The notes under the pieces were generated by a model. It worked only from the letters and a program-made list of their open reading frames with translations. It was not told the DNA's origin and ran no database searches. A program made the position numbers and the translations under genes. Of a stretch of 64,000 nucleotides of DNA, positions 7,694 to 18,081 are shown in pieces. Location: positions 639,108 to 703,107 of the forward strand of contig CAWFYA010000002.1 of the NCBI GenBank assembly GCA_963819965.1, written 5' to 3'. Origin of the DNA: an uncultured beta proteobacterium. GTDB lineage: Bacteria > Pseudomonadota > Gammaproteobacteria > Burkholderiales > Casimicrobiaceae. The first letter of the stretch is position 1; each line of letters begins with the position of its first letter.

Positions 7694-8701
7694 GTGTTCG
7701 CCTTCCTTCTCCGCCGCGTCGCGCTGATCGTGCCGACGTTCTTCGGTGTGACGCTGCTGGCATTCGCGCTGATCCGTCTGATTCCCGGCGACCCGGTCGA
7801 GAACCTTTCCGGCGAGCGCGGGATGGACCCGGAGCGGCGCCTGCGGCTGCTGCACCAATTCGGCCTGGACCAGCCGCTGCACACGCAATATTTCTCCTAT
7901 ATCGGCGACGTGCTGCACGGCGACCTTGGCACGTCGCTGACGACGCACGAGCCGGTGCTGCGCGAATTCCTGACGCTGTTTCCGGCCACGTTCGAACTGG
8001 CATTCTTTGCGTTGATCTTCGCGGTGTGCATCGGTCTTCCGGCGGGAATCCTGGCGGCGATCAGGCGCAACACGATCGCCGACTATGCGGTCATGGGCGT
8101 GTCGCTGACTGGCTACTCGATGCCCATTTTCTGGTGGGCACTGCTTCTCATCCTGCTGTTTTCGGTGCAGCTGGGCTGGACACCGGTTTCCGGCCGCATC
8201 GCCGTGCAGTTCGACGTGCCCGCCGTTACCGGCTTCATGCTCATCGACACGTTGCGTAGCGGCGACGCCGGCGCGTTCCGCTCCGCGCTGTCGCACCTCA
8301 TCCTGCCGATGATCGCGCTCGGCACAATTCCGCTTGCCGTGATTGCGCGCATGACGCGCTCGTCGATGCTGGAAGTACTGCGCGAGGATTACGTTCGCAC
8401 CGCGCGTGCCAAGGGGCTGCCGCAGTTGCAGGTGGTGCTGGTGCACGCGCTGCGCAATGCGCTGATCCCGGTGATTACCGTGATCGGCCTGCAGGTTGGC
8501 CTGCTTCTGTCCGGCGCGATCCTCACTGAGACTATCTTTTCTTGGCCGGGCATCGGCAACTGGCTTATTCATGGCGTGCAGTCGCGCGACTATCCGGTCG
8601 TGCAAGGCGGCATCCTGCTGATCGCGACCATCGTGATCTCGGTCAACTTGATCGTGGACCTGCTCTACGGCGTCATCAACCCGCGCATCCGCCATGCCTG
8701 A
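7694..8701 (+). CDS. dppB: Dipeptide ABC transporter permease
   Basis: LIPGDPV, EAA loop YVRTARAKGL, HALRNALIPV, SRDYPVVQG. Confidence 0.92.
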   Translation: MFAFLLRRVALIVPTFFGVTLLAFALIRLIPGDPVENLSGERGMDPERRLRLLHQFGLDQPLHTQYFSYIGDVLHGDLGTSLTTHEPVLREFLTLFPATFELAFFALIFAVCIGLPAGILAAIRRNTIADYAVMGVSLTGYSMPIFWWALLLILLFSVQLGWTPVSGRIAVQFDVPAVTGFMLIDTLRSGDAGAFRSALSHLILPMIALGTIPLAVIARMTRSSMLEVLREDYVRTARAKGLPQLQVVLVHALRNALIPVITVIGLQVGLLLSGAILTETIFSWPGIGNWLIHGVQSRDYPVVQGGILLIATIVISVNLIVDLLYGVINPRIRHA

Positions 8702-9599
8702 CGCCGCGCACGCATTGCTGCAAGAAGAACTCGTGGCGCCGCCTGGGCCCTGGCGCGAATTCTGGCAGTCATTCTCGCGCAGCCGTGGCGCGATGATCGG
8801 CCTGGGACTGGTGATTGCGTTGATCCTGCTCGCTCTGTTCGCGGAGGCTGTCGCGCCACACCCGCCCAACGAGCAGTATCGCGAATCCTTCCTGACGCCC
8901 CCGGCGTGGGCGGATGGGGGCTCGATGCGGTTCATCCTCGGCACCGATCCCGTGGGCAGGGACATCCTGTCGCGGCTGATCTTTGGCACGCGTCTGTCGC
9001 TGTTGATTGGCCTCATTTCGGTGGTCATTTCGCTCAGCTTCGGCGTTGTGCTCGGATTGGCGGCGGGATATTTCCGCGGTCTGACCGAAACCGTGATCAT
9101 GCGGCTGATGGACGTGATGCTGGCGCTGCCGAGCCTGCTGCTGGCCATCGCGGTCGTGGCGATCCTGGGGCCGGGACTCGCCAACGCGATGTATGCCATC
9201 GCCATCGTGCTGCTGCCACATTACGTCCGGCTGACGCGGGCGGCGGTGATCGGCGAAGCCGGCAAGGAATACGTCGCATCGTCGCGCATTGCCGGCGCAG
9301 GCACGCTGCGACTGATGTTCAATACGATCCTTCCCAATTGCGTCGCGCCGTTGATCGTGCAGGCGACGCTGGGATTCTCGAGCGCCATCCTCGACGCGGC
9401 CGCGCTGGGATTTCTCGGCCTTGGCGCGCAGCCGCCGACTCCCGAATGGGGATCGATGCTCGCCAGTGCGCTTGAATTCATCCAGCGTGCGCCGTGGGTC
9501 GTGACGTTTCCGGGCCTTGCGATCCTCATCACGGTGCTCGCCTTCAACCTGATGGGCGATGGATTGCGCGATGCGCTGGATCCCAAGCTCAAGCGGTAG
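8694..9599 (+). CDS. dppC: Dipeptide ABC transporter permease
   Basis: LGTDPVGRDILSRLIFG, ILPNCVAPLIVQATL, GLRDALDPK. Confidence 0.92.
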   Translation: MPDAAHALLQEELVAPPGPWREFWQSFSRSRGAMIGLGLVIALILLALFAEAVAPHPPNEQYRESFLTPPAWADGGSMRFILGTDPVGRDILSRLIFGTRLSLLIGLISVVISLSFGVVLGLAAGYFRGLTETVIMRLMDVMLALPSLLLAIAVVAILGPGLANAMYAIAIVLLPHYVRLTRAAVIGEAGKEYVASSRIAGAGTLRLMFNTILPNCVAPLIVQATLGFSSAILDAAALGFLGLGAQPPTPEWGSMLASALEFIQRAPWVVTFPGLAILITVLAFNLMGDGLRDALDPKLKR

Positions 9600-9605
9600 A
9601 CGACG

Positions 9606-10667
9606 ATGGCACTGCTCGAGATCCGGAACCTGACCGTCGAATTCGGCGCCGAGAAGGCGCCCTTCAAGGCGGTGGACGGGGTGGACTTCGCCATCGACGC
9701 GGGTGAGATCGTCGGCGTGGTCGGTGAATCGGGTTCGGGCAAGACCGTGACTGCGCTGGCGCTGATGGGCCTCATCGACTTTCCCGGGCGTGTGCGCGCC
9801 GGTTCCATGGTTTTCAACGGCCGCGACCTCACGACGATCTCTGGCGGCGAGCGCCGCAAGCTGGTCGGCAAGGACATCGCGATGATCTTCCAGGATCCCC
9901 TGGCGAGCCTCAATCCGTGTTTCACGGTCGCGTTCCAGTTAATGGAGACGCTGCGCATTCACGGCACAGACGACGAGCGGGGAAATCGTCGCACGCGCCG
10001 CGGGCGCGCGCTGGAACTGCTGGAGCAGGTCGAGATACCCGATGCTGCTGCCAGGCTCGACGCCTATCCGCATCAGCTGTCCGGCGGCATGGCGCAACGC
10101 GTGATGATCGCAATGGCCATTGCGTGCAATCCGCGCCTGCTGATTGCCGACGAGCCGACGACGGCGCTCGATGTGACGGTGCAGGCGCAGGTGCTGGCGC
10201 TGCTAGCGCGACTGCAGCGCGAGCGCGACATGGCATTGATCCTGATCACGCATGACCTGGCGCTGGTGGCCGAGACCGCGCAACGCGTGGTCGTGATGTA
10301 TGCAGGACAGGAGGTGGAGACCGGCCCGGTACCCGCCGTGTTCGAGACGCCGCGACATCCCTATACGCAGGCGCTGCTCGCCGCGTTGCCGGAACACAAT
10401 GAGCATGCCACGCGCCTCAGGGCCATTCCCGGCATGGTGCCGGGTCAGCACGACCGGCCCACCGGCTGCCTGCTGTCGCCGCGCTGTGCCTACGCGTTGG
10501 CGCGCTGCCGCCGGGAGGTCCCGCCGCTGGCCCGCGACGCCGAGGGCGGCCATGAGGAACGCCATGCGCGCGGCGCGCGCTGCCATTTCCCTCTGGATTG
10601 GCAGGGACGGCCGACGGGGGGATGGGCGCCCGAGGTGGCCGGCACCCCAACGGAGCTTCCCGCATGA
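9606..10667 (+). CDS. dppD: Dipeptide ABC transporter ATP-binding protein
   Basis: Walker [33 protein letters not shown]-terminal Cys cluster. Confidence 0.92.
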   Translation: MALLEIRNLTVEFGAEKAPFKAVDGVDFAIDAGEIVGVVGESGSGKTVTALALMGLIDFPGRVRAGSMVFNGRDLTTISGGERRKLVGKDIAMIFQDPLASLNPCFTVAFQLMETLRIHGTDDERGNRRTRRGRALELLEQVEIPDAAARLDAYPHQLSGGMAQRVMIAMAIACNPRLLIADEPTTALDVTVQAQVLALLARLQRERDMALILITHDLALVAETAQRVVVMYAGQEVETGPVPAVFETPRHPYTQALLAALPEHNEHATRLRAIPGMVPGQHDRPTGCLLSPRCAYALARCRREVPPLARDAEGGHEERHARGARCHFPLDWQGRPTGGWAPEVAGTPTELPA

Positions 10668-11638
10668 GCCCGGGATTGCTCGAAGCGCGCGCCCTCGCGC
10701 GGCACTATTCCGTGTCACGGGGGTTGTTTCGACCCAGAGGGCTCGTCCGAGCGCTAGACGGTGTCTCGTTCACGGTACGCGAGGGCGAGACGCTGGCCGT
10801 CGTCGGCGAATCCGGCTGCGGCAAGTCCACGCTTGCGCGGCAGGTGACGATGATCGAGCGGCCGACCTCCGGGCAATTGCTGCTCGACGGGCACGACGCG
10901 GGCACCGCCGACGCGGCGCTGCGCAAGCGCCTGCGCCCTCTGGTGCAGATGGTGTTCCAGAATCCCTATGCTTCGCTCAATCCGCGCAAGAAGGTCGGCA
11001 CCTTGTTGACCGAGCCGCTGACGATCAATTCCGGGCTGGATGGGAAGGAACAACGGGACGCCGCGCGCGCGATGATGGACAAGGTGGGACTGCGGCCGGA
11101 ACACTACGGCCGCTATCCGCACATGTTCTCCGGCGGCCAGCGGCAGCGCATCGCTGTCGCGCGTGCGCTGATGCTGCGGCCCCGGCTGGTGGTCGCGGAC
11201 GAACCCGTGTCGGCCCTCGACGTGTCCATCCAGGCGCAGGTTCTGAATCTGCTCATGGACTTGCAGCAGGAAATGGGCATTGCATACCTCTTCATCTCGC
11301 ACAACCTGCAGGTGGTCCGCCACATCGCCGACGCAGTACTGGTCATGTACCTGGGAAAGACCGTCGAGGAGGGGCCCAAGGCGACGATCTTCGCCCGTCC
11401 GGCACATCCCTATACTCGTGCGTTGCTGGCGAGCACGCCGTCGCTTGCCGCGGCCGGGCGCGGCGCGCGCGTGGCGCTCGGCGGCGAATTGCCATCGCCG
11501 CTGAATCCCCCTTCGGGCTGCGCATTCCACAAGCGCTGCCCGCATGCGATCGCAAGGTGCGTGACCGAGGTGCCCGCGCTGGCGCCGCTTGGCATCGCCC
11601 GCGTTGCCTGCCATCGGGCCGCCGAGCTCAATGCGTGA
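10664..11638 (+). CDS. dppF: Dipeptide ABC transporter ATP-binding protein
   Basis: [26 protein letters not shown]; start taken at the ATGA overlap with the dppD stop. Confidence 0.9.
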   Translation: MSPGLLEARALARHYSVSRGLFRPRGLVRALDGVSFTVREGETLAVVGESGCGKSTLARQVTMIERPTSGQLLLDGHDAGTADAALRKRLRPLVQMVFQNPYASLNPRKKVGTLLTEPLTINSGLDGKEQRDAARAMMDKVGLRPEHYGRYPHMFSGGQRQRIAVARALMLRPRLVVADEPVSALDVSIQAQVLNLLMDLQQEMGIAYLFISHNLQVVRHIADAVLVMYLGKTVEEGPKATIFARPAHPYTRALLASTPSLAAAGRGARVALGGELPSPLNPPSGCAFHKRCPHAIARCVTEVPALAPLGIARVACHRAAELNA

Positions 11639-11698
11639 CTTGAGTCCCCAATGATCCGAAGCCTTGACGCTGTGCGGGTCCCGGGAGAGCATTGAGCG

Positions 11699-12682
11699 AT
11701 GCTCGCCTTCGTGCTGCAACGCGTCCTGCAGTCGTTCGCCGTGATGGCCGTGGTGGCTCTGATCGCGTTCAGCCTGTTCAATTTCGTCGGCGATCCGGTG
11801 GTGTCGATGGTCGGGCAGGACGCCACGATGGCGGAGAAGGACAGGCTGCGCAGCGAACTGGGGCTGGACCAACCGGTGGTCGTGCAGTTCTTCCGATTCG
11901 CGGGCAATGCGGTGCAGGGCGACTTCGGCCGCTCGTTGCGCCAGGGACGCAGCGTGTCGACGCTCATCAAGGAGCGGTTGCCCGCCACGCTGGAGTTGTC
12001 GCTTGCCGCGGCGCTTTTCGCGTTGCTCGTCGGCATTCCCGCGGGCGTCTACGCCGCGCTGCGGCGCCATAGCTGGGGAGCGCAGGCGTTGCTGACGGCG
12101 TCACTGGTCGGCGTGAGCCTGCCGTCGTTCCTGATCGGCATCCTGCTGATTCTGGTGTTCGCCGTTCAGCTGGGATGGCTGCCTTCCTACGGCCGCGGTG
12201 ATACGGTGGCGTTGGGCTGGTGGACCACCGGGCTGCTGACCCCGTCCGGGCTGAAGGCGCTTATCCTGCCGGTGATCACGCTGTCGCTGTTTCAGATGAC
12301 GTTGATCATGCGTCTGGTCCGCGCGGAGATGCTGGAGGTGCTGCGCACCGACTACATCAAGTTCGCGCGCGCCCGCGGCCTGACGGATCGGGCGATCAAT
12401 TTCGGGCACGCCTTGAAGAACACGCTGGTTCCCGTGATCACGATCACCGGCCTGCAATTGGGCGGGATCATCGCCTTCGCGATCGTGACCGAGACGGTGT
12501 TCCAGTGGCCAGGCTTGGGACTGCTCTTCATCCAGTCGGTGTTCTTCTCCGACATTCCGGTGATGGCGGCCTATCTTTGCTTCATCGCCCTCGTTTTCGT
12601 GCTGCTCAATTTGATCGTCGACCTGCTGTATTACGTCGTCGATCCCCGTTTGCGCATCGAAAGGATCACCGCGACCCCATGA
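11699..12682 (+). CDS. Peptide ABC transporter permease (DppB/OppB-like), second cluster
   Basis: DYIKFARARGL, HALKNTLVPV. Confidence 0.9.
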   Translation: MLAFVLQRVLQSFAVMAVVALIAFSLFNFVGDPVVSMVGQDATMAEKDRLRSELGLDQPVVVQFFRFAGNAVQGDFGRSLRQGRSVSTLIKERLPATLELSLAAALFALLVGIPAGVYAALRRHSWGAQALLTASLVGVSLPSFLIGILLILVFAVQLGWLPSYGRGDTVALGWWTTGLLTPSGLKALILPVITLSLFQMTLIMRLVRAEMLEVLRTDYIKFARARGLTDRAINFGHALKNTLVPVITITGLQLGGIIAFAIVTETVFQWPGLGLLFIQSVFFSDIPVMAAYLCFIALVFVLLNLIVDLLYYVVDPRLRIERITATP

Positions 12683-13869
12683 AACCCGCCGAACACATCC
12701 GTCGTTGGCAGGACGAGTTCACCGCCATCCGCCGTGACCTGCACGCGCACCCGGAACTGGGCTTCGAGGAGCATCGCACCGCGCGCATCGTGCAGGAGCA
12801 ACTGGCGCAGCTCGGTATCGAGCATTACGCGGGCATCGGCAAGACCGGGATCGTCGCGGTCATCCCGGGAAGGCGCAACGCCAGCGGACGCTCCATCGGC
12901 CTGCGCGCGGATATGGACGCGCTGCCACTGCAGGAAGAAAACGAATTCGCGTACAAGTCGCGCTATGAAGGCCGCATGCATGGCTGCGGTCACGATGGGC
13001 ATACGACGATGCTGCTGGCCGCAGCCCGATACCTGCAGGAAACCCGGAATTTCGACGGCGTCGCATACCTTATTTTCCAGCCGGGCGAAGAAGGCTACGC
13101 CGGCGCGAAGGCAATGATCGAGGACGGCCTGTTCGAGCGCTTTCCGGCAGAGCGGGTGTTCGCGCTGCACAACTGGCCCGGATTGCCTCCGGGCAAGTTC
13201 GGCATCACGCCCGGCTATGCCATGGCCGCCGCGGATCGCATCGAGATAACAATTGACGGCCGTGGCGGCCATGGCGCGCATCCGCACAACGCGGTGGACC
13301 CGGTGCTGGTGGCGGGACACATCATCACCGCCGCCCAGTCGATCGTCAGCCGCAACGTGAGTCCGCTCGACACCGCGGTCGTGAGCTTGTGCGCGATGCA
13401 GGCCGGCCATCCGGGCGCGATGAGCGTCATCCCGGCCCATGCCAAGCTCGTGGGCACCGTGCGCACGTTTCGCCCCGCCACGCAGGACATGATCGAAAAG
13501 CGGCTCGGACACCTGGTGGGTTCAATCGCGGCGGGGTTTGGCGCCACGGCCACGCTCAAGTACGAACGCATCTATCCGGCCACGCTCAATCACGACCATG
13601 AGGCGCTGTTCGCCGGCGACGTGGCCGAGGCCATGGTGGGTGCTGGCAACGTCGTGCGCAACCTCGATCCGTCGATGGGTTCGGAGGACTTTTCCTTTAT
13701 GCTCCAGGTCAAGCCGGGCGCCTTTGCGCGGCTGGGGCAAGGCGGCGCGGAAGGCGGCGGCTTCCTGCACAGCAGCAAATATGACTTCAACGACACGGTG
13801 ATCCCGCTCGGCGCTGGCTACCTTGCCGCGTTGGCGGAAACAGCGATGCCGCTCGCGAGCCTGCCCTGA
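12679..13869 (+). CDS. M20 family amidohydrolase (hippurate hydrolase-like)
   Basis: HAHPELGFEE, LRADMDAL, MHGCGHDGHT, FQPGEEG, MGSEDFSF; true start is ATG 12679, overlapping the permease stop. Confidence 0.9.
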   Translation: MKPAEHIRRWQDEFTAIRRDLHAHPELGFEEHRTARIVQEQLAQLGIEHYAGIGKTGIVAVIPGRRNASGRSIGLRADMDALPLQEENEFAYKSRYEGRMHGCGHDGHTTMLLAAARYLQETRNFDGVAYLIFQPGEEGYAGAKAMIEDGLFERFPAERVFALHNWPGLPPGKFGITPGYAMAAADRIEITIDGRGGHGAHPHNAVDPVLVAGHIITAAQSIVSRNVSPLDTAVVSLCAMQAGHPGAMSVIPAHAKLVGTVRTFRPATQDMIEKRLGHLVGSIAAGFGATATLKYERIYPATLNHDHEALFAGDVAEAMVGAGNVVRNLDPSMGSEDFSFMLQVKPGAFARLGQGGAEGGGFLHSSKYDFNDTVIPLGAGYLAALAETAMPLASLP

Positions 13870-14960
13870 ATCCCGTTCCGCATTTTGCTGCCACCTACGC
13901 CGAGGCGCGCGACAAGTTCTTCGCGGCCGCCAAGGCGCGCGGGATATCGGTAACGCCGAACATTCACCCCGCGGCGCGCGGTGTGGGCGGTGAAGAGCTC
14001 TCCATGGACGTGGCTTCGCTGGGCGAAGGATCGGCGCCTGCCATGTTGCTGCTCATCTCCGCTACGCACGGCGTGGAAGGCTTTTGCGGTTCGGGGTGCC
14101 AGGTCGCGTTGTTGCACGACCCGGAATTTCTTGCAGCTGCCGAGGCGTCGGGGGTCGACGTCATGTTCCTGCACGCATTGAATCCCTATGGGTTTTCGCA
14201 TCTGCGGCGCACCAACGAGGACAATGTCGACCTGAACCGCAATTTTCGCGACTTCACGACACCGCCGGCGGCCAACGCGGCCTATGCCGCCGTCCACGAC
14301 TTCATCGTGCCCGACGAATGGCCGCCGACTCCGGGGAATCGGGCGGCAATTGCGGCCTACGTGGCAAAACACGGCGATCGCGCGTTGCAGCAGGCGATCA
14401 CCGGAGGACAGTGCGAGTTTCCCGACGGCCTTTTCTACGGCGGCGTCCGGCCCGCCTGGAGCAACCGGGTATTGCGCTCGGTGATGCGCGAACGGGGCGC
14501 GGGCCGGCAGCGGATGGGCTGGATCGATTTTCACACGGGCTTGGGCCCGCGCGGCCACGGGGAAATGATCTTCTCGGGCGAGGACGTGCCTGCGGACCTC
14601 GCGCGCGCACGGGCGTGGTGGGGAGAGCGCGTGACGTCGTTCCATGACGGCTCGTCGACGTCGGCGACACTCACGGGCGTCAACTACAACGTGGTGTACG
14701 ACGAATGTCCGGGCGTGGCCTATGCCGGCATGGCGCTCGAATACGGAACGCTTCCGCTCACCGACATGATCGACGCGCTGCGGGCGGATCAGTGGTTGAG
14801 CAATCATCCGGACGCCGCCGGCGATCTCCGCATGTCGATCAAGAAGCAGATTCGCGACGCGTTCTATTGCGATGCGGATGACTGGAAAGTGACCGTCTAC
14901 GAGCAGGCGCGCAGCGCAGCCCTGGCCGCGTTGGCGCACCTTCGCGCCGCCCGTTCCTGA
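13866..14960 (+). CDS. M14-like metallopeptidase, DUF2817 type
   Basis: ISATHGVEGFCGS, NEDNVDLNRNF, DFHTGLGP; the family-like N-terminus FAATYAEARDKF extends upstream of the ORF-track start to CTG 13866. Confidence 0.8.
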   Translation: MNPVPHFAATYAEARDKFFAAAKARGISVTPNIHPAARGVGGEELSMDVASLGEGSAPAMLLLISATHGVEGFCGSGCQVALLHDPEFLAAAEASGVDVMFLHALNPYGFSHLRRTNEDNVDLNRNFRDFTTPPAANAAYAAVHDFIVPDEWPPTPGNRAAIAAYVAKHGDRALQQAITGGQCEFPDGLFYGGVRPAWSNRVLRSVMRERGAGRQRMGWIDFHTGLGPRGHGEMIFSGEDVPADLARARAWWGERVTSFHDGSSTSATLTGVNYNVVYDECPGVAYAGMALEYGTLPLTDMIDALRADQWLSNHPDAAGDLRMSIKKQIRDAFYCDADDWKVTVYEQARSAALAALAHLRAARS

Positions 14961-14983
14961 CGCCGATTCCGCGAGACCTGACG

Positions 14984-15931
14984 ATGCCCCCCGTCCCCAT
15001 TCCCGCACCGCCGACAATTAGGTCTCGCTGCGCGAGCGCCTGGGATGGCGACGTGATGTGGAACTTCCGGCATTCACCGGTGGCGATCGGCGCGTTCATC
15101 GTCCTGTTCATCTGCCTCGTGGCGGCGTTTCTGGCGCCGGTATTCGCGCCCCACGATCCTTTCGACCTCAAGACGCTCAATCTTTCGGACGCGTTGTCGC
15201 CGCCCCGCTGGATCACCGGCGGCCTGCCCGGCTTCCTGCTCGGCACCGACGACCAGGGGCGCGACCTGCTGTCGGCGATCATGTACGGCGCGCGCATCTC
15301 CCTGCTCGTCGGATTGGGCTCGGTGGCCCTGGCCATGGTCATCGGAATTTCCCTTGGCCTGATCGCCGGCTATGCAGGCGGCCGGCTGGACGCGTTCATC
15401 ATGCGTGTCGCCGACGTGCAGCTGTCTTTTCCCGCCATCCTGATCGCGTTGCTCATCGACGGCGTTGCGCGGGCCGTGTTGCCACGCGATGTGCATTCCG
15501 AAGCGGTGTTGCCGGTGCTAATCCTCGCGATCGGACTCTCCAACTGGGTGCAGTACGCCCGGACGGTGCGCGGCTCCACCATGGTCGAGAAGAGCAAGGA
15601 GTACGTGCAGGCCGCCCGGGTGATCGGCCGGTCGCCGTTGCAGATCATGGCGCGACACCTGCTGCCCAACGTCCTTGGTCCGGTCATGGTGATCGCCACC
15701 ATCAACATTGCCTCGGCGATCCTGACCGAGGCGGCGTTGTCGTTTTTGGGCGTTGGCATGCCGGTGACGGAGCCCTCCCTGGGAACACTGATCCGCGTCG
15801 GCAACGATTTCCTGTTTTCGGGCGAGTGGTGGATCACGATTTTCCCCGGCGTCGCGCTGGTGGTGATGGTGCTCTCGATCAACTTGCTCGGCGACTGGCT
15901 GCGCGACGCACTGAACCCGAGGTTGCGATGA
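14984..15931 (+). CDS. Peptide ABC transporter permease (DppC/OppC-like)
   Basis: LGTDDQGRDLLSAIMYG, HLLPNVLGP, WLRDALNPRLR. Confidence 0.9.
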   Translation: MPPVPIPAPPTIRSRCASAWDGDVMWNFRHSPVAIGAFIVLFICLVAAFLAPVFAPHDPFDLKTLNLSDALSPPRWITGGLPGFLLGTDDQGRDLLSAIMYGARISLLVGLGSVALAMVIGISLGLIAGYAGGRLDAFIMRVADVQLSFPAILIALLIDGVARAVLPRDVHSEAVLPVLILAIGLSNWVQYARTVRGSTMVEKSKEYVQAARVIGRSPLQIMARHLLPNVLGPVMVIATINIASAILTEAALSFLGVGMPVTEPSLGTLIRVGNDFLFSGEWWITIFPGVALVVMVLSINLLGDWLRDALNPRLR

Positions 15932-16935
15932 GCGTGCGTCCAAGACGCGCATCGGGCGAGCCGCTGCTGGCGGTGTCCGGGCTGCGGGTCGAGTTTCCGA
16001 CCCGGCGCGGCACGCTGATCGCGGTGCATGACATCTCATTCGAAATCGCGCCGGGCGAAGTCCTCGGCGTGGTCGGCGAATCCGGGGCGGGCAAGTCGCT
16101 CACGGGTGCGGCGATCATCGGCCTGCTCGATTCCCCGGGGCGGATCGCCGCAGGCGAAATCAGGCTGTCCGGGCGGCGCATCGACAACCTCCCGGAAAGC
16201 GCGATGCGCGCGATCCGCGGGCGCGAGATCGGCGCCGTGTTCCAGGATCCGCTGACATCGCTCAATCCGCTCTACACGATCGGCCGCCAGCTCATCGAGA
16301 CTATCCGCACGCACCTCGACCTCGACGAGGACGCCGCGCGCAAGCGTGCCATCGGCCTGCTGGACGAAGTCGGTATACCCGGCGCGGCGCGCCGCATCGA
16401 CCAGTATCCGCACCATTTTTCCGGCGGGATGCGGCAACGCGTCGTCATTGCGCTCGCGTTGGCCGCCAATCCGAAGCTGATCGTCGCCGACGAGCCGACC
16501 ACGGCACTCGACGTGTCGATCCAGGCGCAGATCATCCAGCTGCTGAAACGCCTGTGCCGCGACCACGGTACGGCGGTCATGCTGGTCACCCACGACATGG
16601 GCGTGATCGCGGAAACCGCCGACCGCGTCGCCGTGATGTATGCGGGGCGCATCGTCGAGATCGGACCGGTCGCCGACGTGATCCATCGACCGCAACATCC
16701 CTACACCCTCGGCCTCATGGGCTCCATTCCGTCGATCGTCGAGGAACGGGAGCGGCTGACCCAGATCGATGGCGCGATGCCCCGGCTGACGGACATTCCT
16801 GAAGGCTGCACATTCAATCCGCGCTGTCCGCGCGCATTCGATCGCTGTCGGAAAGAGCGTCCCGACCTGCTCGATGCAGGCGCAACGCGCGCTGCCTGCT
16901 GGCTGCGCGTCGATCCGGCCGGGGTGGCCGCGTGA
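15928..16935 (+). CDS. Peptide ABC transporter ATP-binding protein
   Basis: [31 protein letters not shown]; start at the ATGA overlap 15928. Confidence 0.9.
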   Translation: MSVRPRRASGEPLLAVSGLRVEFPTRRGTLIAVHDISFEIAPGEVLGVVGESGAGKSLTGAAIIGLLDSPGRIAAGEIRLSGRRIDNLPESAMRAIRGREIGAVFQDPLTSLNPLYTIGRQLIETIRTHLDLDEDAARKRAIGLLDEVGIPGAARRIDQYPHHFSGGMRQRVVIALALAANPKLIVADEPTTALDVSIQAQIIQLLKRLCRDHGTAVMLVTHDMGVIAETADRVAVMYAGRIVEIGPVADVIHRPQHPYTLGLMGSIPSIVEERERLTQIDGAMPRLTDIPEGCTFNPRCPRAFDRCRKERPDLLDAGATRAACWLRVDPAGVAA

Positions 16936-17981
16936 GCGATCCCCTGCTGGAAATGCGCGAGGTCGTCCGTCACTTCGACGTCTCGCCACCCTGGCTCAAT
17001 CGCGTGCTCGAGCGCCGTGGCCGGGCAACTGTCAAGGCCGTGGATGGCGTCAATCTTGCCATTGCCAAAGGTGAAACGCTCGGACTGGTCGGCGAATCGG
17101 GCTGCGGAAAATCAACGGTTGCAAGGCTGATCGTCGGCCTCTACGCGCCAACCCGAGGCACAATTGCCTACGCGGGCGACGTCATTGCCGGCCCCGGCGC
17201 GGTTGGCAGGTCGCAGCAGCGGCGCGCCCGGCAGGGCATGCAAATGATCTTCCAGGACCCCTTCGCGAGCCTGAACCCGCGCTGGCGAGTCGCCGACATC
17301 GTGGCTGAACCGATGCGCGCGCTACAGCCTGGAATTTCCCGAGCCGAAGCGATGGGCAACGTGGCCATGTTGCTGGAGCAGGTCGGCCTCAACGCCGCCG
17401 ATGGCGCGAAGTTTCCGCACCAGTTCTCGGGTGGCCAGCGACAGCGAATTTCCATCGCGCGGGCGTTGTCCACGAATCCCTCGTTCCTGGTCTGCGACGA
17501 GCCGACGTCCGCGCTGGACGTCTCGGTGCAGGCGCAAGTGCTGAATCTGATGCGTGACTTGCAGCGACGTCTCGGGCTCACCTACCTTTTCATCTCGCAC
17601 AACCTGGCGGTCGTCCATCACATCGCCGATCGGGTGGGCGTGATGTATCTTGGCCGCATCGTCGAACTGGCGCCCACGCGCATTCTGTTCGGCCAGCCGC
17701 GCCATCCGTATACGCGGATGCTGCTGGACGCCGTGCCGGACCTCGAGCTGGAAGGCAAGTCGCGTACGGCGGTCGCGGGCGAAGTGCCCAATCCGCTGGA
17801 CCCGCCTTCCGGTTGTACGTTTCATCCGCGATGTCCGCTCGCCGACGAGCGCTGTCGCCGTGAGAATCCCGCGCTCAAGGCAGCCACGCCCGGTGACGAG
17901 GGCCAAGTTGCGTGTCACGCGGTCGAGGAACGACGCTTGCCGCCGCGCGCGGGGAGCGCGAACCGCACCGGCACCGGCTGA
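16932..17981 (+). CDS. Peptide ABC transporter ATP-binding protein
   Basis: [26 protein letters not shown]; GTGA overlap start. Confidence 0.9.
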   Translation: MSDPLLEMREVVRHFDVSPPWLNRVLERRGRATVKAVDGVNLAIAKGETLGLVGESGCGKSTVARLIVGLYAPTRGTIAYAGDVIAGPGAVGRSQQRRARQGMQMIFQDPFASLNPRWRVADIVAEPMRALQPGISRAEAMGNVAMLLEQVGLNAADGAKFPHQFSGGQRQRISIARALSTNPSFLVCDEPTSALDVSVQAQVLNLMRDLQRRLGLTYLFISHNLAVVHHIADRVGVMYLGRIVELAPTRILFGQPRHPYTRMLLDAVPDLELEGKSRTAVAGEVPNPLDPPSGCTFHPRCPLADERCRRENPALKAATPGDEGQVACHAVEERRLPPRAGSANRTGTG

Positions 17982-18081
17982 CGGCCGCCGGATGCCGTCG
18001 AGCCGTCGCTTTCCGCTATAATTCGCGGTTGGGCGCGCCAGCCGCGGCGCAAATTTTCCACGTTTTTCTTCGAATTCTCCC

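Noticed and set aside
6179-9205. 1008-aa minus-strand ORF, and similar long antisense ORFs (41598-40321, 30728-29085, 19659-18088, 58100-56340)
   Set aside because: Antisense shadows of well-supported genes in GC-rich DNA; no motifs and Arg/Ala/His-biased composition.
12220-12678. N-terminal extensions of track ORFs 12220..13869, 15058..16935, 35600..37180, 43656..44672, 55458..57920
   Set aside because: They overlap upstream genes or lack homology-like sequence; true starts were set at SD or stop-start overlaps.
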